From: a virus | Strand: one strand, 5' to 3' | Virus record (IMG/VR): IMGVR_UViG_3300042892_003562 | Span: 1 to 64,000 of that record | DNA length: 64,000 bases | Shown: piece by piece, positions 46,444 through 55,380 of the stretch | Layout: each line of letters begins with the position of its first letter | How positions within the stretch are numbered: the first letter of the stretch is position 1 | Translations under genes and position numbers: made by a program | The notes under the pieces: model-generated | The model's database searches: none | What the model was told of the DNA's origin: nothing | Seen by the model: the letters and a program-made list of their open reading frames with translations, nothing else

Positions 46444-46829
46444 GGGAGCGGGGTGAGTGTGACGTAGGCCATGTAGTCGGGATAAGGGCGAACAGTGAAT
46501 ACATCGGCATCCCAGTAAGAGCCAGATGGCTCGGCGCGGCCGTCGGGGCGGATGCCAAGGCCAATTGCGCTGATCCCATAAACGGGATCGGTCATGACCC
46601 ATTCCCCGGCCCCGACATTATAAACCAAGGTGAACACGCCACCCGGACCGGTGCCTGTGAATCCCGCGCCGACTGTCCCGGTCATCTCGAAGTATGAGAC
46701 GACGCTGCTAGGATGGATCAAATAATACTCGATGTGCTCGACGTAAAGAGTCGTCCCGCAGCACGTGCAGCTCGGCAGCCCGCCCCGAAGGATGACCTGC
46801 CCGCCGCTGTTGAGTTTGATGACTGCCAT
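46440..46829 (-). CDS. hypothetical tail-associated protein
   Basis: SCTCCG near the N-terminus; in operon. Confidence 0.55.
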   Translation of the reverse strand: MAVIKLNSGGQVILRGGLPSCTCCGTTLYVEHIEYYLIHPSSVVSYFEMTGTVGAGFTGTGPGGVFTLVYNVGAGEWVMTDPVYGISAIGLGIRPDGRAEPSGSYWDADVFTVRPYPDYMAYVTLTPLP

Positions 46830-46832
46830 GGG

Positions 46833-47663
46833 TCAGGTGCACTCGGAGGTTGCGAGCCACTGCACGACGCCGCCCACGCAGCCTAGAACATGGGTGCCGG
46901 TGCTCGATGGAGAGCCCACTGTTTTCCACCTTTTGGTTTCAAAATCATAGTAGAGCAGATCATTGTCGGCGGGAGCGATGCCCGCTGAAATCCAACCTGC
47001 CTCATTCCCCTCCGTAGCCGGAACCCCCTCGCTTGCTTCGGTCGGGGGGGCCGCAGAAACCCATTGCAAAATGTCACCGTCGCTATACCCGACAGGCAAA
47101 TTACCATCAGTGGACCAAAGAGGACGATCCGACTCAGAATCGTAGGTGAGGAATTGCTTTTCGGTCTCCGATGCTACGGGTTTATCCAGAACCGCCCAAC
47201 TTCCATTTCCCACGTCAAAATAGATCAGGCAGCCCTGCGTGGGGATGATGTCGCACTTGCGCCACATAAGGCCATCCCATTGGATGATGTCCCCTATGAA
47301 GTCACTTTCAGCAATAGGTGGTGTTTTGGGACGGGGCGATGGTGGAACCCTTGGTGGTGGTCCCGGGGCTGGGGCGTCCGCAGTCGTCGTGGAACTGATT
47401 ACCGGAGCCGCCACCTGCGGCGGATTGGTGGGCTTCCATCCGGCTGCCTCCATCGTTTTAGTGACAAAGTTTCGCATTTCGTCCTGCTCCTCCCTTTCTG
47501 CCTTCACCACCTCCTTGATCTCGCGGGTGCTCATCCCTCGCGAATCAATCCCAAGCTCGCGGGCCTCGTTCTGAGCGTTCTGCCGATTGCTTGGCGTGGA
47601 CCGCTTGTCTGCGCGAGACCCGGTCGGTCCGCGTTGGATTGAAGGATCTTTGTTTTCTGACAT
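46833..47663 (-). CDS. tail-associated protein
   Basis: Repeated GDI(I/L)QW / LLYYD...W motifs typical of fibre repeats; start ATG 47663. Confidence 0.55.
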   Translation of the reverse strand: MSENKDPSIQRGPTGSRADKRSTPSNRQNAQNEARELGIDSRGMSTREIKEVVKAEREEQDEMRNFVTKTMEAAGWKPTNPPQVAAPVISSTTTADAPAPGPPPRVPPSPRPKTPPIAESDFIGDIIQWDGLMWRKCDIIPTQGCLIYFDVGNGSWAVLDKPVASETEKQFLTYDSESDRPLWSTDGNLPVGYSDGDILQWVSAAPPTEASEGVPATEGNEAGWISAGIAPADNDLLYYDFETKRWKTVGSPSSTGTHVLGCVGGVVQWLATSECT

Positions 47664-47667
47664 GGTT

Positions 47668-49362
47668 TTAGATGTTGGAGGCGTCAATCAGGACAGCGTG
47701 GCACCGCGCCCAGCCCCACTTGTATGGCTCGACTTTCGACTTGACGACATAGGTTCCAGTGGAGGGTATCTCTGACGGGGTGGTGGCGGGGAGGGTTGTA
47801 GGATAAACCGACCCTGTCGCGCTCGCGGACGCTCCGACTTGCGCATTGATGGACGGGAAATTATAGCCCTGCCAAGAGGCGCTCGCATGAGCCGTGACAG
47901 AAGCGCTTTTGGTGGTGTCACCGCTTAGGGTGATTTCCCCATGGATGGTTGGGCTAATGTTGGTGACGCTCGTGACGATGCTGATGTCGCTAGACTGCCC
48001 CGAACCCACCGAGCTGTCGCTCATGGAGGATTTTGGGGACAGGGCCGATGATGCAGCACCGTTCGCCTTTGCTGTCAGCCCGACTTTCATCCCTTTAGTG
48101 ACAATCGCGTGACTGGTCGGACGAAACATAGGCCACCGAAGCACTTCGCCGAGACCCAGATCATCCATTCTGGCGATGAACGCCTCTTCCGTGACGGTGT
48201 TGTTCACCATCTCGATGTAGAAGAAGTGAGCTGAAGCTGCAATGCCCTTCCCCCAAGGCTGTTCGATTGTCGGCGAGATGTCAGGCCGGATGGACACTGA
48301 TGAGTGCGCGTCACCACCCTCGGAACCACTCAGTGACCATGACTCCCCACTCGCTGAACCCACCCAATTAGAAGAATAGCTGCCCGCCGACGACTCATTC
48401 GTCCATGTAATTGCTACGGACTTCAGGACATTGGGGAGGTCCAAGTCCTCGGTTGTCGGAAAGGACAGCAGGTAGTTTCCAAGATGCTCCGTCGGCACCA
48501 CCTCGACCACTTTCAACGAGCGGTCTTGGTTGATAATCTTGTAGGAGGTGTTCGGCTCGGCAAACGGATCGGGATTTTCCTCTGTCACCACTTCCGGAGT
48601 GACTGGTGGTTCCACGTATTGCTCGGTGCGGACAATTTGCGTTTCCAGCTCATCACTCCATTCGCTCCCGGTGTGAACAGGCCATGATTCCACGGAAATG
48701 GTTTCCCTAATGGACTTGCCGTTGCCGAGAGGGGTTGTCTGAGAGTCAATAATCAAGTGGCCTGAATCCACGGGATTGGGTGTAAACACCCCGGAGCCCA
48801 AAAATGTCTCAACCAGCTCAGGCACCAGCGTTTCGGTGACGGTTCCGATGACGCGTTCGACATAGGCGCGTTGGCCAACTAAAGGATCGGCGTTCTCGTC
48901 GATGGTCTCTGTCACCTCGGTCAGCACCGCCTTGCCCGTGTTCGGGGTCTGGGTGACACCAGAGGAGACAAGGTTGCCTGTGAGCGCGTTGGGCTGCGTG
49001 TCTGGTGCCACCTCCTGCTCGGTCTTCACCACCACGGTCTGACTCCGGTATTTCTGCGGAGTGAGGTTGTCCTTGGAGTTGGAAGTGGTCGTCCACGCGG
49101 GACCGTCGAGCTTCTGAAACACCCACAGGTGGTCCTTGCCACCCTTGTCCGCCGGTTCGATGGAGACCAGCGTGTAGCCGGGATACTTGTCCGAGTCCTT
49201 CGGAGCCAGACCAATCGCTGTGATGAGAGTGCCGAACGGCTTGTCCGGAAACTTGGACGCCATCAAGGGGTCCATCTGAACCACCACCTCATACTGGCCC
49301 GCAGACGGCTCCAGCACCTTCATGATGCGCGGAGAGGAGAAAGGTAGGTCCTTGAGTGCCAT
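47668..49362 (-). CDS. tail/structural protein
   Basis: 564 aa, Ser/Thr-rich beta C-terminus; in virion operon. Confidence 0.55.
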   Translation of the reverse strand: MALKDLPFSSPRIMKVLEPSAGQYEVVVQMDPLMASKFPDKPFGTLITAIGLAPKDSDKYPGYTLVSIEPADKGGKDHLWVFQKLDGPAWTTTSNSKDNLTPQKYRSQTVVVKTEQEVAPDTQPNALTGNLVSSGVTQTPNTGKAVLTEVTETIDENADPLVGQRAYVERVIGTVTETLVPELVETFLGSGVFTPNPVDSGHLIIDSQTTPLGNGKSIRETISVESWPVHTGSEWSDELETQIVRTEQYVEPPVTPEVVTEENPDPFAEPNTSYKIINQDRSLKVVEVVPTEHLGNYLLSFPTTEDLDLPNVLKSVAITWTNESSAGSYSSNWVGSASGESWSLSGSEGGDAHSSVSIRPDISPTIEQPWGKGIAASAHFFYIEMVNNTVTEEAFIARMDDLGLGEVLRWPMFRPTSHAIVTKGMKVGLTAKANGAASSALSPKSSMSDSSVGSGQSSDISIVTSVTNISPTIHGEITLSGDTTKSASVTAHASASWQGYNFPSINAQVGASASATGSVYPTTLPATTPSEIPSTGTYVVKSKVEPYKWGWARCHAVLIDASNI

Positions 49363-49396
49363 GGCTTTGATTACATTGAAAGTCTGGAAAGGTCAA

Positions 49397-49984
49397 TCAG
49401 TTGATTGGCCCGTCGATAAGAATCATCGCGAACCTCTTTAGCCCGGCTAAATGAAGCACCTCGTTGAGCGTGCGGCGGAAGTCGTTCCACTGCTCGGGCG
49501 GCAGCGTGAGACACCCCTCGGAGGATGTCCCGTTCACCCCGCCCAGATGCAGGTTGATGCCGAACTCGCCGCTCTCGGTCACTCCGATGACGCCGTCCTT
49601 CTTGACCCGCTCCACGGTGACGAGGTCAGGCCCCTGCCCAAACGCCTGATACTTGGCGCGGTGGATGAGCGGGCGGAACCACCAGCAACCCGGCTTGAGG
49701 CGAGCCATGAACTTGTCGGCGTTCGAATTCCAGCCGTAGCGGCTCGGGTCGGTGTTGCCGTTCCAAGCGGTCATGGCGGTGGGCGTGACGATGAAGAACG
49801 CGTCGTCGTAAACCGAGATGTCGTTCCCCGGATCTCCGATGGTCTGCGAGTAGTAACCCCGCACCGCGAGCACGAACCGCTCGGGCAGTGGCGACGTGCC
49901 GTGCTTGTCCGCCCACGCCTCGGTGGCCTTGCGGATGACGAGGTCGCGGGGGGCCTTGGGCTTGCTCTTGGGGATGGGGATCAT
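49397..49984 (-). CDS. endolysin candidate, YkuD/L,D-transpeptidase-like Cys peptidase
   Basis: LAVRGY...YDDAF...NTDPS...GINLHLGG...SSEGCLT (His...SxGC motif); in lysis cluster. Confidence 0.7.
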   Translation of the reverse strand: MIPIPKSKPKAPRDLVIRKATEAWADKHGTSPLPERFVLAVRGYYSQTIGDPGNDISVYDDAFFIVTPTAMTAWNGNTDPSRYGWNSNADKFMARLKPGCWWFRPLIHRAKYQAFGQGPDLVTVERVKKDGVIGVTESGEFGINLHLGGVNGTSSEGCLTLPPEQWNDFRRTLNEVLHLAGLKRFAMILIDGPIN

Positions 49985-50042
49985 GGCTTGTAAACGATTC
50001 GGGTGTCGGGCGGGGTGGCGTCGATGGGGATTCCGTTGATGG

Positions 50043-50384
50043 TCATGGCGTCTTCGTTCCTCCGAAATAAGGGACGGCGTGTCCGGCGGCGATCATCGCG
50101 CTGGCGAAGTCCGAGCCGTCCGCAAGGGTGATCTTTCCAAGGTAGCGGCCATACTTCTCCTTCTTGTCCTTGAGCGTGGTCATCACAACGCAGCGCCCGC
50201 AGAACAGGATGTGGTCCGCGTAATCCCTTGCCGCCTTACCCGCGTCGGTGTTGATTTCAGGGCAGTCGATCCCGTAAACACGGATCGGCTGGTCCTTGAT
50301 CCACAAACCAAAGCCAAGGTCGATGTCGGCGCGGCAGGTGTCCCCGTCGTAAACGCTGGTGATCTTGGCGCGGTATTCAAACAT
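50043..50384 (-). CDS. staphylococcal-nuclease-like (thermonuclease) protein
   Basis: VYDGDT..ADIDLGF...IRVYGIDCPE...KYGRYLG. Confidence 0.88.
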   Translation of the reverse strand: MFEYRAKITSVYDGDTCRADIDLGFGLWIKDQPIRVYGIDCPEINTDAGKAARDYADHILFCGRCVVMTTLKDKKEKYGRYLGKITLADGSDFASAMIAAGHAVPYFGGTKTP

Positions 50385-50472
50385 GGTAGAAAGCGAAAGC
50401 GAGGGTGATGGCGGCGAGGACGAGAAGCGCGACCAGCCCCGGCCACCAAGGCGGGGTGTTGACTGGCTCCAT
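50377..50472 (-). CDS. putative 31-aa membrane peptide
   Basis: Hand-translated MEPVNTPPWWPGLVALLVLAAITLAFAFYHV*; fills a gap in the lysis cluster. Confidence 0.35.
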   Translation of the reverse strand: MEPVNTPPWWPGLVALLVLAAITLAFAFYHV

Positions 50473-50489
50473 GTCGTAATTCGAGGACA

Positions 50490-50627
50490 CTACTTTTCGG
50501 AGTAAATGATGATTGCGCGTGCGGCCTGCTCACCGTTCAGGGACCACGTTCTCGCGCCGTCGCTATCGACGGTCAGGGAACACGAGTTTAGCCCGGCTAA
50601 AGAGGCGAGGATGAGGAGTGTTTTCAT
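50490..50627 (-). CDS. small lipoprotein (spanin-like candidate), 45 aa
   Basis: Hand-translated MKTLLILASLAGLNSC|SLTVDSDGARTWSLNGEQAARAIIIYSEK*; lipobox LNSC; absent from the ORF track (<60 aa). Confidence 0.6.
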   Translation of the reverse strand: MKTLLILASLAGLNSCSLTVDSDGARTWSLNGEQAARAIIIYSEK

Positions 50628-50628
50628 G

Positions 50629-51009
50629 TCAGTGCTTGTAGAATTTTCCGCCAAACATCCGGACGGCGGAGTGGATCGTGTGGCGCTTCAACCACGGAAC
50701 CTCGATGTTATACATCGCCTCCAGAAACAAATAATCAGCGCACTCGCGGGAGAGCGGATAGACCGCCGTGCTCTCCGGCGAGTAGAGGAAGTCATGCAGG
50801 AGGGCTGCGGGGAAATAACCGCCGAACGGCGACATGATGTTCCAGAACGCACGCGGAATGCTCGCCCCGTCCGTCTCGAACCCGGCGGGGACGACGATGA
50901 CGCCGTAGCTCGTCCGACAGGAGAACGGCTTGGCCAGACGGAACACCCGCGACTCGCCGCGCATTCCAGAGTCCTCAAGCAACAGCGGGTCTGGGAAGGG
51001 TGTTTTCAT
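50629..51009 (-). CDS. DUF1353-family protein
   Basis: VPAGFETDGASIPR...PAALLHDFLY...ADYLFLEAM...AVRMFG. Confidence 0.82.
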   Translation of the reverse strand: MKTPFPDPLLLEDSGMRGESRVFRLAKPFSCRTSYGVIVVPAGFETDGASIPRAFWNIMSPFGGYFPAALLHDFLYSPESTAVYPLSRECADYLFLEAMYNIEVPWLKRHTIHSAVRMFGGKFYKH

Positions 51010-51419
51010 TCAGCCAGTTTTTTGAACCATTTCTCTGCCAGCGCGGGGGCGGACCGCTCGATGCAAAGAAGGAACGCATAGCCCACAAAAAACGTCCCGA
51101 TGCAAGTGAGCGAGGACAAGCCACCGAGCGATATGATGTCCGTCTCGGTGAGCTGATCGAACCCGAGTTTGTGGACGATGGGGCGCGTGGCGAGGATGCC
51201 GCCGAGGATCGCAAAACCGCAGCGACCGATGGACAGCCGGATGGTTTCGTCAGCCCGCTTGAACATGAGCGCGAGGAAGCCCGATGTCATGGAGCTGGCG
51301 GCGAGCGTCACGTAGAGCCAGCGGGCTTCGCCGGAAGTCATGATGGCTCCCATCATCGAGAATCCAGTGCCTAGCAGAGAAGTGACGCCGAAGAAGACTT
51401 TTTCGTGGAAGGAGTTCAT
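51006..51419 (-). CDS. holin-like membrane protein
   Basis: Three to four hydrophobic helices, basic C-terminus, in lysis cluster. Confidence 0.5.
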   Translation of the reverse strand: MNSFHEKVFFGVTSLLGTGFSMMGAIMTSGEARWLYVTLAASSMTSGFLALMFKRADETIRLSIGRCGFAILGGILATRPIVHKLGFDQLTETDIISLGGLSSLTCIGTFFVGYAFLLCIERSAPALAEKWFKKLAE

Positions 51420-51454
51420 TGGAGGAGATGGGTGCTAAAGGGTGGGGTCTGGGA

Positions 51455-53467
51455 TCAATAAACGATCATTAGTTGCCCGGTGGACGTCTTGTAAACATCG
51501 CCAGCAACTAACCCTCCAGATAGTGCAGCGGCGTTGTCGGCGTAGGTAGTGGGGGCGGTGACGAAGTTGAGGACACCCGAAGCCTTGATCTTAACGCGGA
51601 GCGTCTGCGCTGTCGTTCCTGTCTCTGTACCAAACCCCAAAGATCCTCCCGACTTTCCTAAAATCACCGAATCACCGGGAACCGCCCCAGAGAAGGAGCT
51701 TGTAGCTAGCGCGAAAACGAATCGGGACGCTTGGCCGGAATCAGCTCCTGTTCTAATTCTAATGCTAGGGTTTGTTGCGTTTTCAATGGTTTGGGGTGTG
51801 CCCGTGAATGTGTTTCCCGAAGTGGTATAGGCGGATGCGCCGTTTGCCGCTTTATCGAAGTGATACTCCAGCAGGTTTGCCCATGCGAAACTTCCGGCTG
51901 CGTTCCGCACTCCGAAATTGACGACATCGTTACCTCCTGTGATGACGCGCCTCCACATGTGCCCCCAGGTGGCCGCTGATGCAGCCTCGCCGGATGCGGC
52001 GTTTGCCGTGGCCATGCTGTTCGCGGCAGTAAGCGTGGCCGAGTAAACGCCCGATGCGTAGGTATCAATCTTAACTACACTAGATGAGTTCCAAATTGAG
52101 AGGTTCCGACTAATCGTGCTATTTTGCTTTATTGCGGCGCCATTGGTGGTTGAAGTCACTCCGAAGAGGCAGCCGAGAAATGTAGCCTGCTCTCCCCCTA
52201 TTTCCACCGAGAAAGTATCCGCGCCGGGCGTTCCGAAATTTCCGAAATAACATCCGACGCATGTAAAAGCCCTCCCGTCAGTCGTCACAGACTTAATCGA
52301 CCTGCTGCCTGCTGTCTCAAAGTTGCAACCGACAATCGTTGTTGTTCCGCTTTTCTGGTGCAGTATTCCAATGTCTTGGGGGCCTGCAAAATCAGAGGAG
52401 ATAATGGAGCTTCCCGCCCCCCCTGCCATCCAAATACCGACCGTTCCGGTTCCAGCGACAGATCCTGCCGGGCTAGCCATGATTGTAGTGCTGTTCCCTA
52501 TCATTATGCAGCCGTAAAAATTGCCTTGGAAAACAGTTGATCTCAGGGATGAATTTGAAAACTCCTCAAGGTGCGACCCGACGTTGAATGTGCCGAAATA
52601 ACAGCGGTCGATCTCGCAGAAATCCACGCTCGCCCCCGAGCCTTCAGCGCCGCTTTGCAGCGACTCACCGCAAACCACCATGCCGCAGCTCGTCGGGCGG
52701 TATTGGTTCGTTCCGCTGCCGACTGCCGTGATGTCGATGGCTGTCCCCAGTAATGCACGGGGGCGATTGTAGGCGAGCTTGAATGAGTCGTCATCTACGC
52801 GGATCGCCCAATACATGCGCTCGACACTGAGCGGAGCGGGCAGGGTATTTGTGGTGGTGCACATCACCATGTCGCCAGTTGTAAGTCCGTGTGCTGTGGC
52901 TGCGATGACATCGGTGGCGGCTGTCGCGGCGCCGGTCACAGCGGTCTGGAGCGTGGCGGATGGCCCTATCACCCTGATCCCCTCAACCTTAAAGGAATTG
53001 TAGTCGGCTGGCACCATGATAACCGGAAGCCGGTTGGATGTGGTGGTGATTTTGGTGAAGGTTCCGAATGCAGGATTTCCCTCTCCGATCACTTCGGCCC
53101 CTTCCCAATCGAGGGTGATGGCGATGCCAGAAACGAGATAGCTCAGGGCTGGGATATACAGAGGCTTTTTTGCAGCCTTAGCTGCTGCGGTCGCTGCCAC
53201 AAAAGCGGCGGTGTCGTCGGTTATCCCGTCTCCGGTTGCTCCGTATTCAATCACATTGATAACTGGCCGAGCGGTATTTGCCGCAGTGAAATCTCCACTC
53301 GCCGCAGTCGCCGCCGTGCCGAGGCCGAGGGCGGTGCGCGTCGCGGCCGCGTCGTTGTCGAGAACGCCGTTTAGAGTGGCGTTTGTCACACCGTCGAGGG
53401 TGGCGTTGGTCAACTGTCCGCATAACGCGGACGCGGACAGGAGGAGGATGGTTAGGGCGTGTCTCAT
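51455..53467 (-). CDS. tailspike / beta-helix depolymerase (pectate-lyase-3-like)
   Basis: INVIEYGATGDGITDDTAAF...LYIP motif then beta-helix-like repeats; C-terminal YADNAAALSGGLVAGDVY. Confidence 0.75.
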   Translation of the reverse strand: MRHALTILLLSASALCGQLTNATLDGVTNATLNGVLDNDAAATRTALGLGTAATAASGDFTAANTARPVINVIEYGATGDGITDDTAAFVAATAAAKAAKKPLYIPALSYLVSGIAITLDWEGAEVIGEGNPAFGTFTKITTTSNRLPVIMVPADYNSFKVEGIRVIGPSATLQTAVTGAATAATDVIAATAHGLTTGDMVMCTTTNTLPAPLSVERMYWAIRVDDDSFKLAYNRPRALLGTAIDITAVGSGTNQYRPTSCGMVVCGESLQSGAEGSGASVDFCEIDRCYFGTFNVGSHLEEFSNSSLRSTVFQGNFYGCIMIGNSTTIMASPAGSVAGTGTVGIWMAGGAGSSIISSDFAGPQDIGILHQKSGTTTIVGCNFETAGSRSIKSVTTDGRAFTCVGCYFGNFGTPGADTFSVEIGGEQATFLGCLFGVTSTTNGAAIKQNSTISRNLSIWNSSSVVKIDTYASGVYSATLTAANSMATANAASGEAASAATWGHMWRRVITGGNDVVNFGVRNAAGSFAWANLLEYHFDKAANGASAYTTSGNTFTGTPQTIENATNPSIRIRTGADSGQASRFVFALATSSFSGAVPGDSVILGKSGGSLGFGTETGTTAQTLRVKIKASGVLNFVTAPTTYADNAAALSGGLVAGDVYKTSTGQLMIVY

Positions 53468-54093
53468 GCAGTTGTGATGTCGAGTTTGGAAAGCGCGGTG
53501 TTGTAAAAAAGGCTGCCGATGGCGAGGTCCGTGTTGGCGGTGGTGAGGTTGGCCTTGGTGGGGAGGCCTAGCAGCGTGACGACGGACGCGGCTGTCAGGG
53601 TTGGGATATCGCTCGTCAGCGCGAGCGTGCCGCTGGCGTTCGGAAAGGCGATAGCTTGGTTGGCTGTCGGCGCGTGGGAAAGCGTGGTGGCATGGGTTCC
53701 GTTATCCAGTTTGAATGTCCCACCTGTCTGGATGATGCTGCCAACCCCTAACGTGTAAATCTTGGCTCCGACTCCACTGGCATAAATAACGTTATTATCT
53801 CCAATAACGGAAATCTCGCCGTCCTCGCTCGTCAGTGTTATCGAATCTGTGAACGCTGGGCCAGCCAGCGGGGCCTTGAGGGCGAGCGCGGCGGCGAGCG
53901 CGGTGTTGTCGGCTGGCACGCCGCCGAGGTCCGCGAAGTCGGAGGCTCCGCCAGCAACCACGGGCATCCAGCGAACCTTGGTCGAGTTGAACCACCACTC
54001 CCCACCGTTGACCGAGTCAGTCCAAGGGGCTTCGAGGGTGTAAGTGGTGCGCGAAGGAGTGCTTGCGGCGGTTGGAAAATTGATTGCGGCCAT
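53464..54093 (-). CDS. tail fibre-like protein
   Basis: AINFPT..., NTALAAALALKAPLAGPAFT, FPNASGTLALTSDI fibre-type motifs. Confidence 0.6.
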   Translation of the reverse strand: MAAINFPTAASTPSRTTYTLEAPWTDSVNGGEWWFNSTKVRWMPVVAGGASDFADLGGVPADNTALAAALALKAPLAGPAFTDSITLTSEDGEISVIGDNNVIYASGVGAKIYTLGVGSIIQTGGTFKLDNGTHATTLSHAPTANQAIAFPNASGTLALTSDIPTLTAASVVTLLGLPTKANLTTANTDLAIGSLFYNTALSKLDITTA

Positions 54094-54099
54094 GGCGGG

Positions 54100-55380
54100 T
54101 TAAAGGGTGGGGTCTGCGGCGACGGTGACGGTGTAGCCGGTGGGAGAAACTAGGTTTGCCAGAGTGATGGCGTTAGCGTCGGCTTCCGAGATCATCGCGT
54201 TGAGCAATTCATTTCCGCCTGATCCCATCCATGTGCATGGCCCCGAATTCGCTGTGAACCAGCAGGTGATCAGAACCGGGTCGCCATTAACCACGGCAAA
54301 ACACGGACTCCCTGAATCGCCTCCAACTATGGACACCCACAGCCCCGGCTTTGTGGCAACATAGGGGTGCAGAGCAGCGGCTATGTCTGCGTGCAAAATC
54401 GCGACACTCTGATTCCCTGTGATGGGTATCGCTCCGTATGTCGTTGGTTGCGCTTGCGAATAAGCGGTAATCGGGTCGCCAAAAAGACTCAAACCGACCT
54501 GTCGGTTCTTGTTCAAGGATAGCAACAATCCCCCAGAATAGGACGTGCCATCAACCACTTGCGTGATCCAGTCGTCCGCCACTTTAACGGGGTTGCACCC
54601 TGTTGGCGAAGCATCCAATAAAAGGACTTTCTGATCCCTGAAATTTCCTGACGCTCCGACAACCCTCCTTGTCCTCACTACGCCTCCGGGTGTCACAAAT
54701 CGCACGTAGTCCGCTCTGCCTTGATACGTCGTGTCCGCGGGCGAATAGTGGTTCGCCACGACGATGTGACGCGGAGTGATGAGAGTGCCCGGACGCTGCG
54801 TTGTGTAATAGGAATCCGATCCGTGACTTGTTCCCACTGACAGGCACGACAGGTCAACGGCTCTTGCCCAGCAATTCGCATTCCGCGTGTAGGTGGCGGA
54901 AGCGTGGTTGATCACACCATAATACCCCAATTCTTGTTTCAGTGGGTCGGAATCAATCAGTGTTTCAACTTCTCCCTGCAATGCGGCGGAAACAGTGCCT
55001 GCCGCATACCCCAAAAACTCCCGCTTCGCACCGCTGCTGATCGGCATTCCGTAGCTCAAAACGCTTCGCGCCTCTCCGAGCTGAAACTCGATTTCACCAA
55101 GGCCAACGCCTCCCGCACGGGCCAGTACATAATCTTCACCCAGCGTCGCCACGGATGGAGTTAAGTTTGTGACAGTAGCTCCTAGCATCGGTGTCACTAA
55201 ATAATTCGTCCACGTGTCCGCGCCGCCCGACTCATCGACCTCGGAGTCAAAAAACAACGTCGGTGCTGGCCCGGTCCCACCGGACGACGCCGGGACTTCA
55301 ATAAGTGTCCCAAGCCCATCGGAGGGATAGCTTGCTGTCCTGACCTCCACGGTCGATTCGTTTGACTGGATCAGGATCAT
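54100..55380 (-). CDS. trypsin-like serine protease domain protein (virion-associated?)
   Basis: GTLITPRHIVVANHY (His), RDQKVLLL (Asp), GGDSGSP (Ser). Confidence 0.75.
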   Translation of the reverse strand: MILIQSNESTVEVRTASYPSDGLGTLIEVPASSGGTGPAPTLFFDSEVDESGGADTWTNYLVTPMLGATVTNLTPSVATLGEDYVLARAGGVGLGEIEFQLGEARSVLSYGMPISSGAKREFLGYAAGTVSAALQGEVETLIDSDPLKQELGYYGVINHASATYTRNANCWARAVDLSCLSVGTSHGSDSYYTTQRPGTLITPRHIVVANHYSPADTTYQGRADYVRFVTPGGVVRTRRVVGASGNFRDQKVLLLDASPTGCNPVKVADDWITQVVDGTSYSGGLLLSLNKNRQVGLSLFGDPITAYSQAQPTTYGAIPITGNQSVAILHADIAAALHPYVATKPGLWVSIVGGDSGSPCFAVVNGDPVLITCWFTANSGPCTWMGSGGNELLNAMISEADANAITLANLVSPTGYTVTVAADPTL

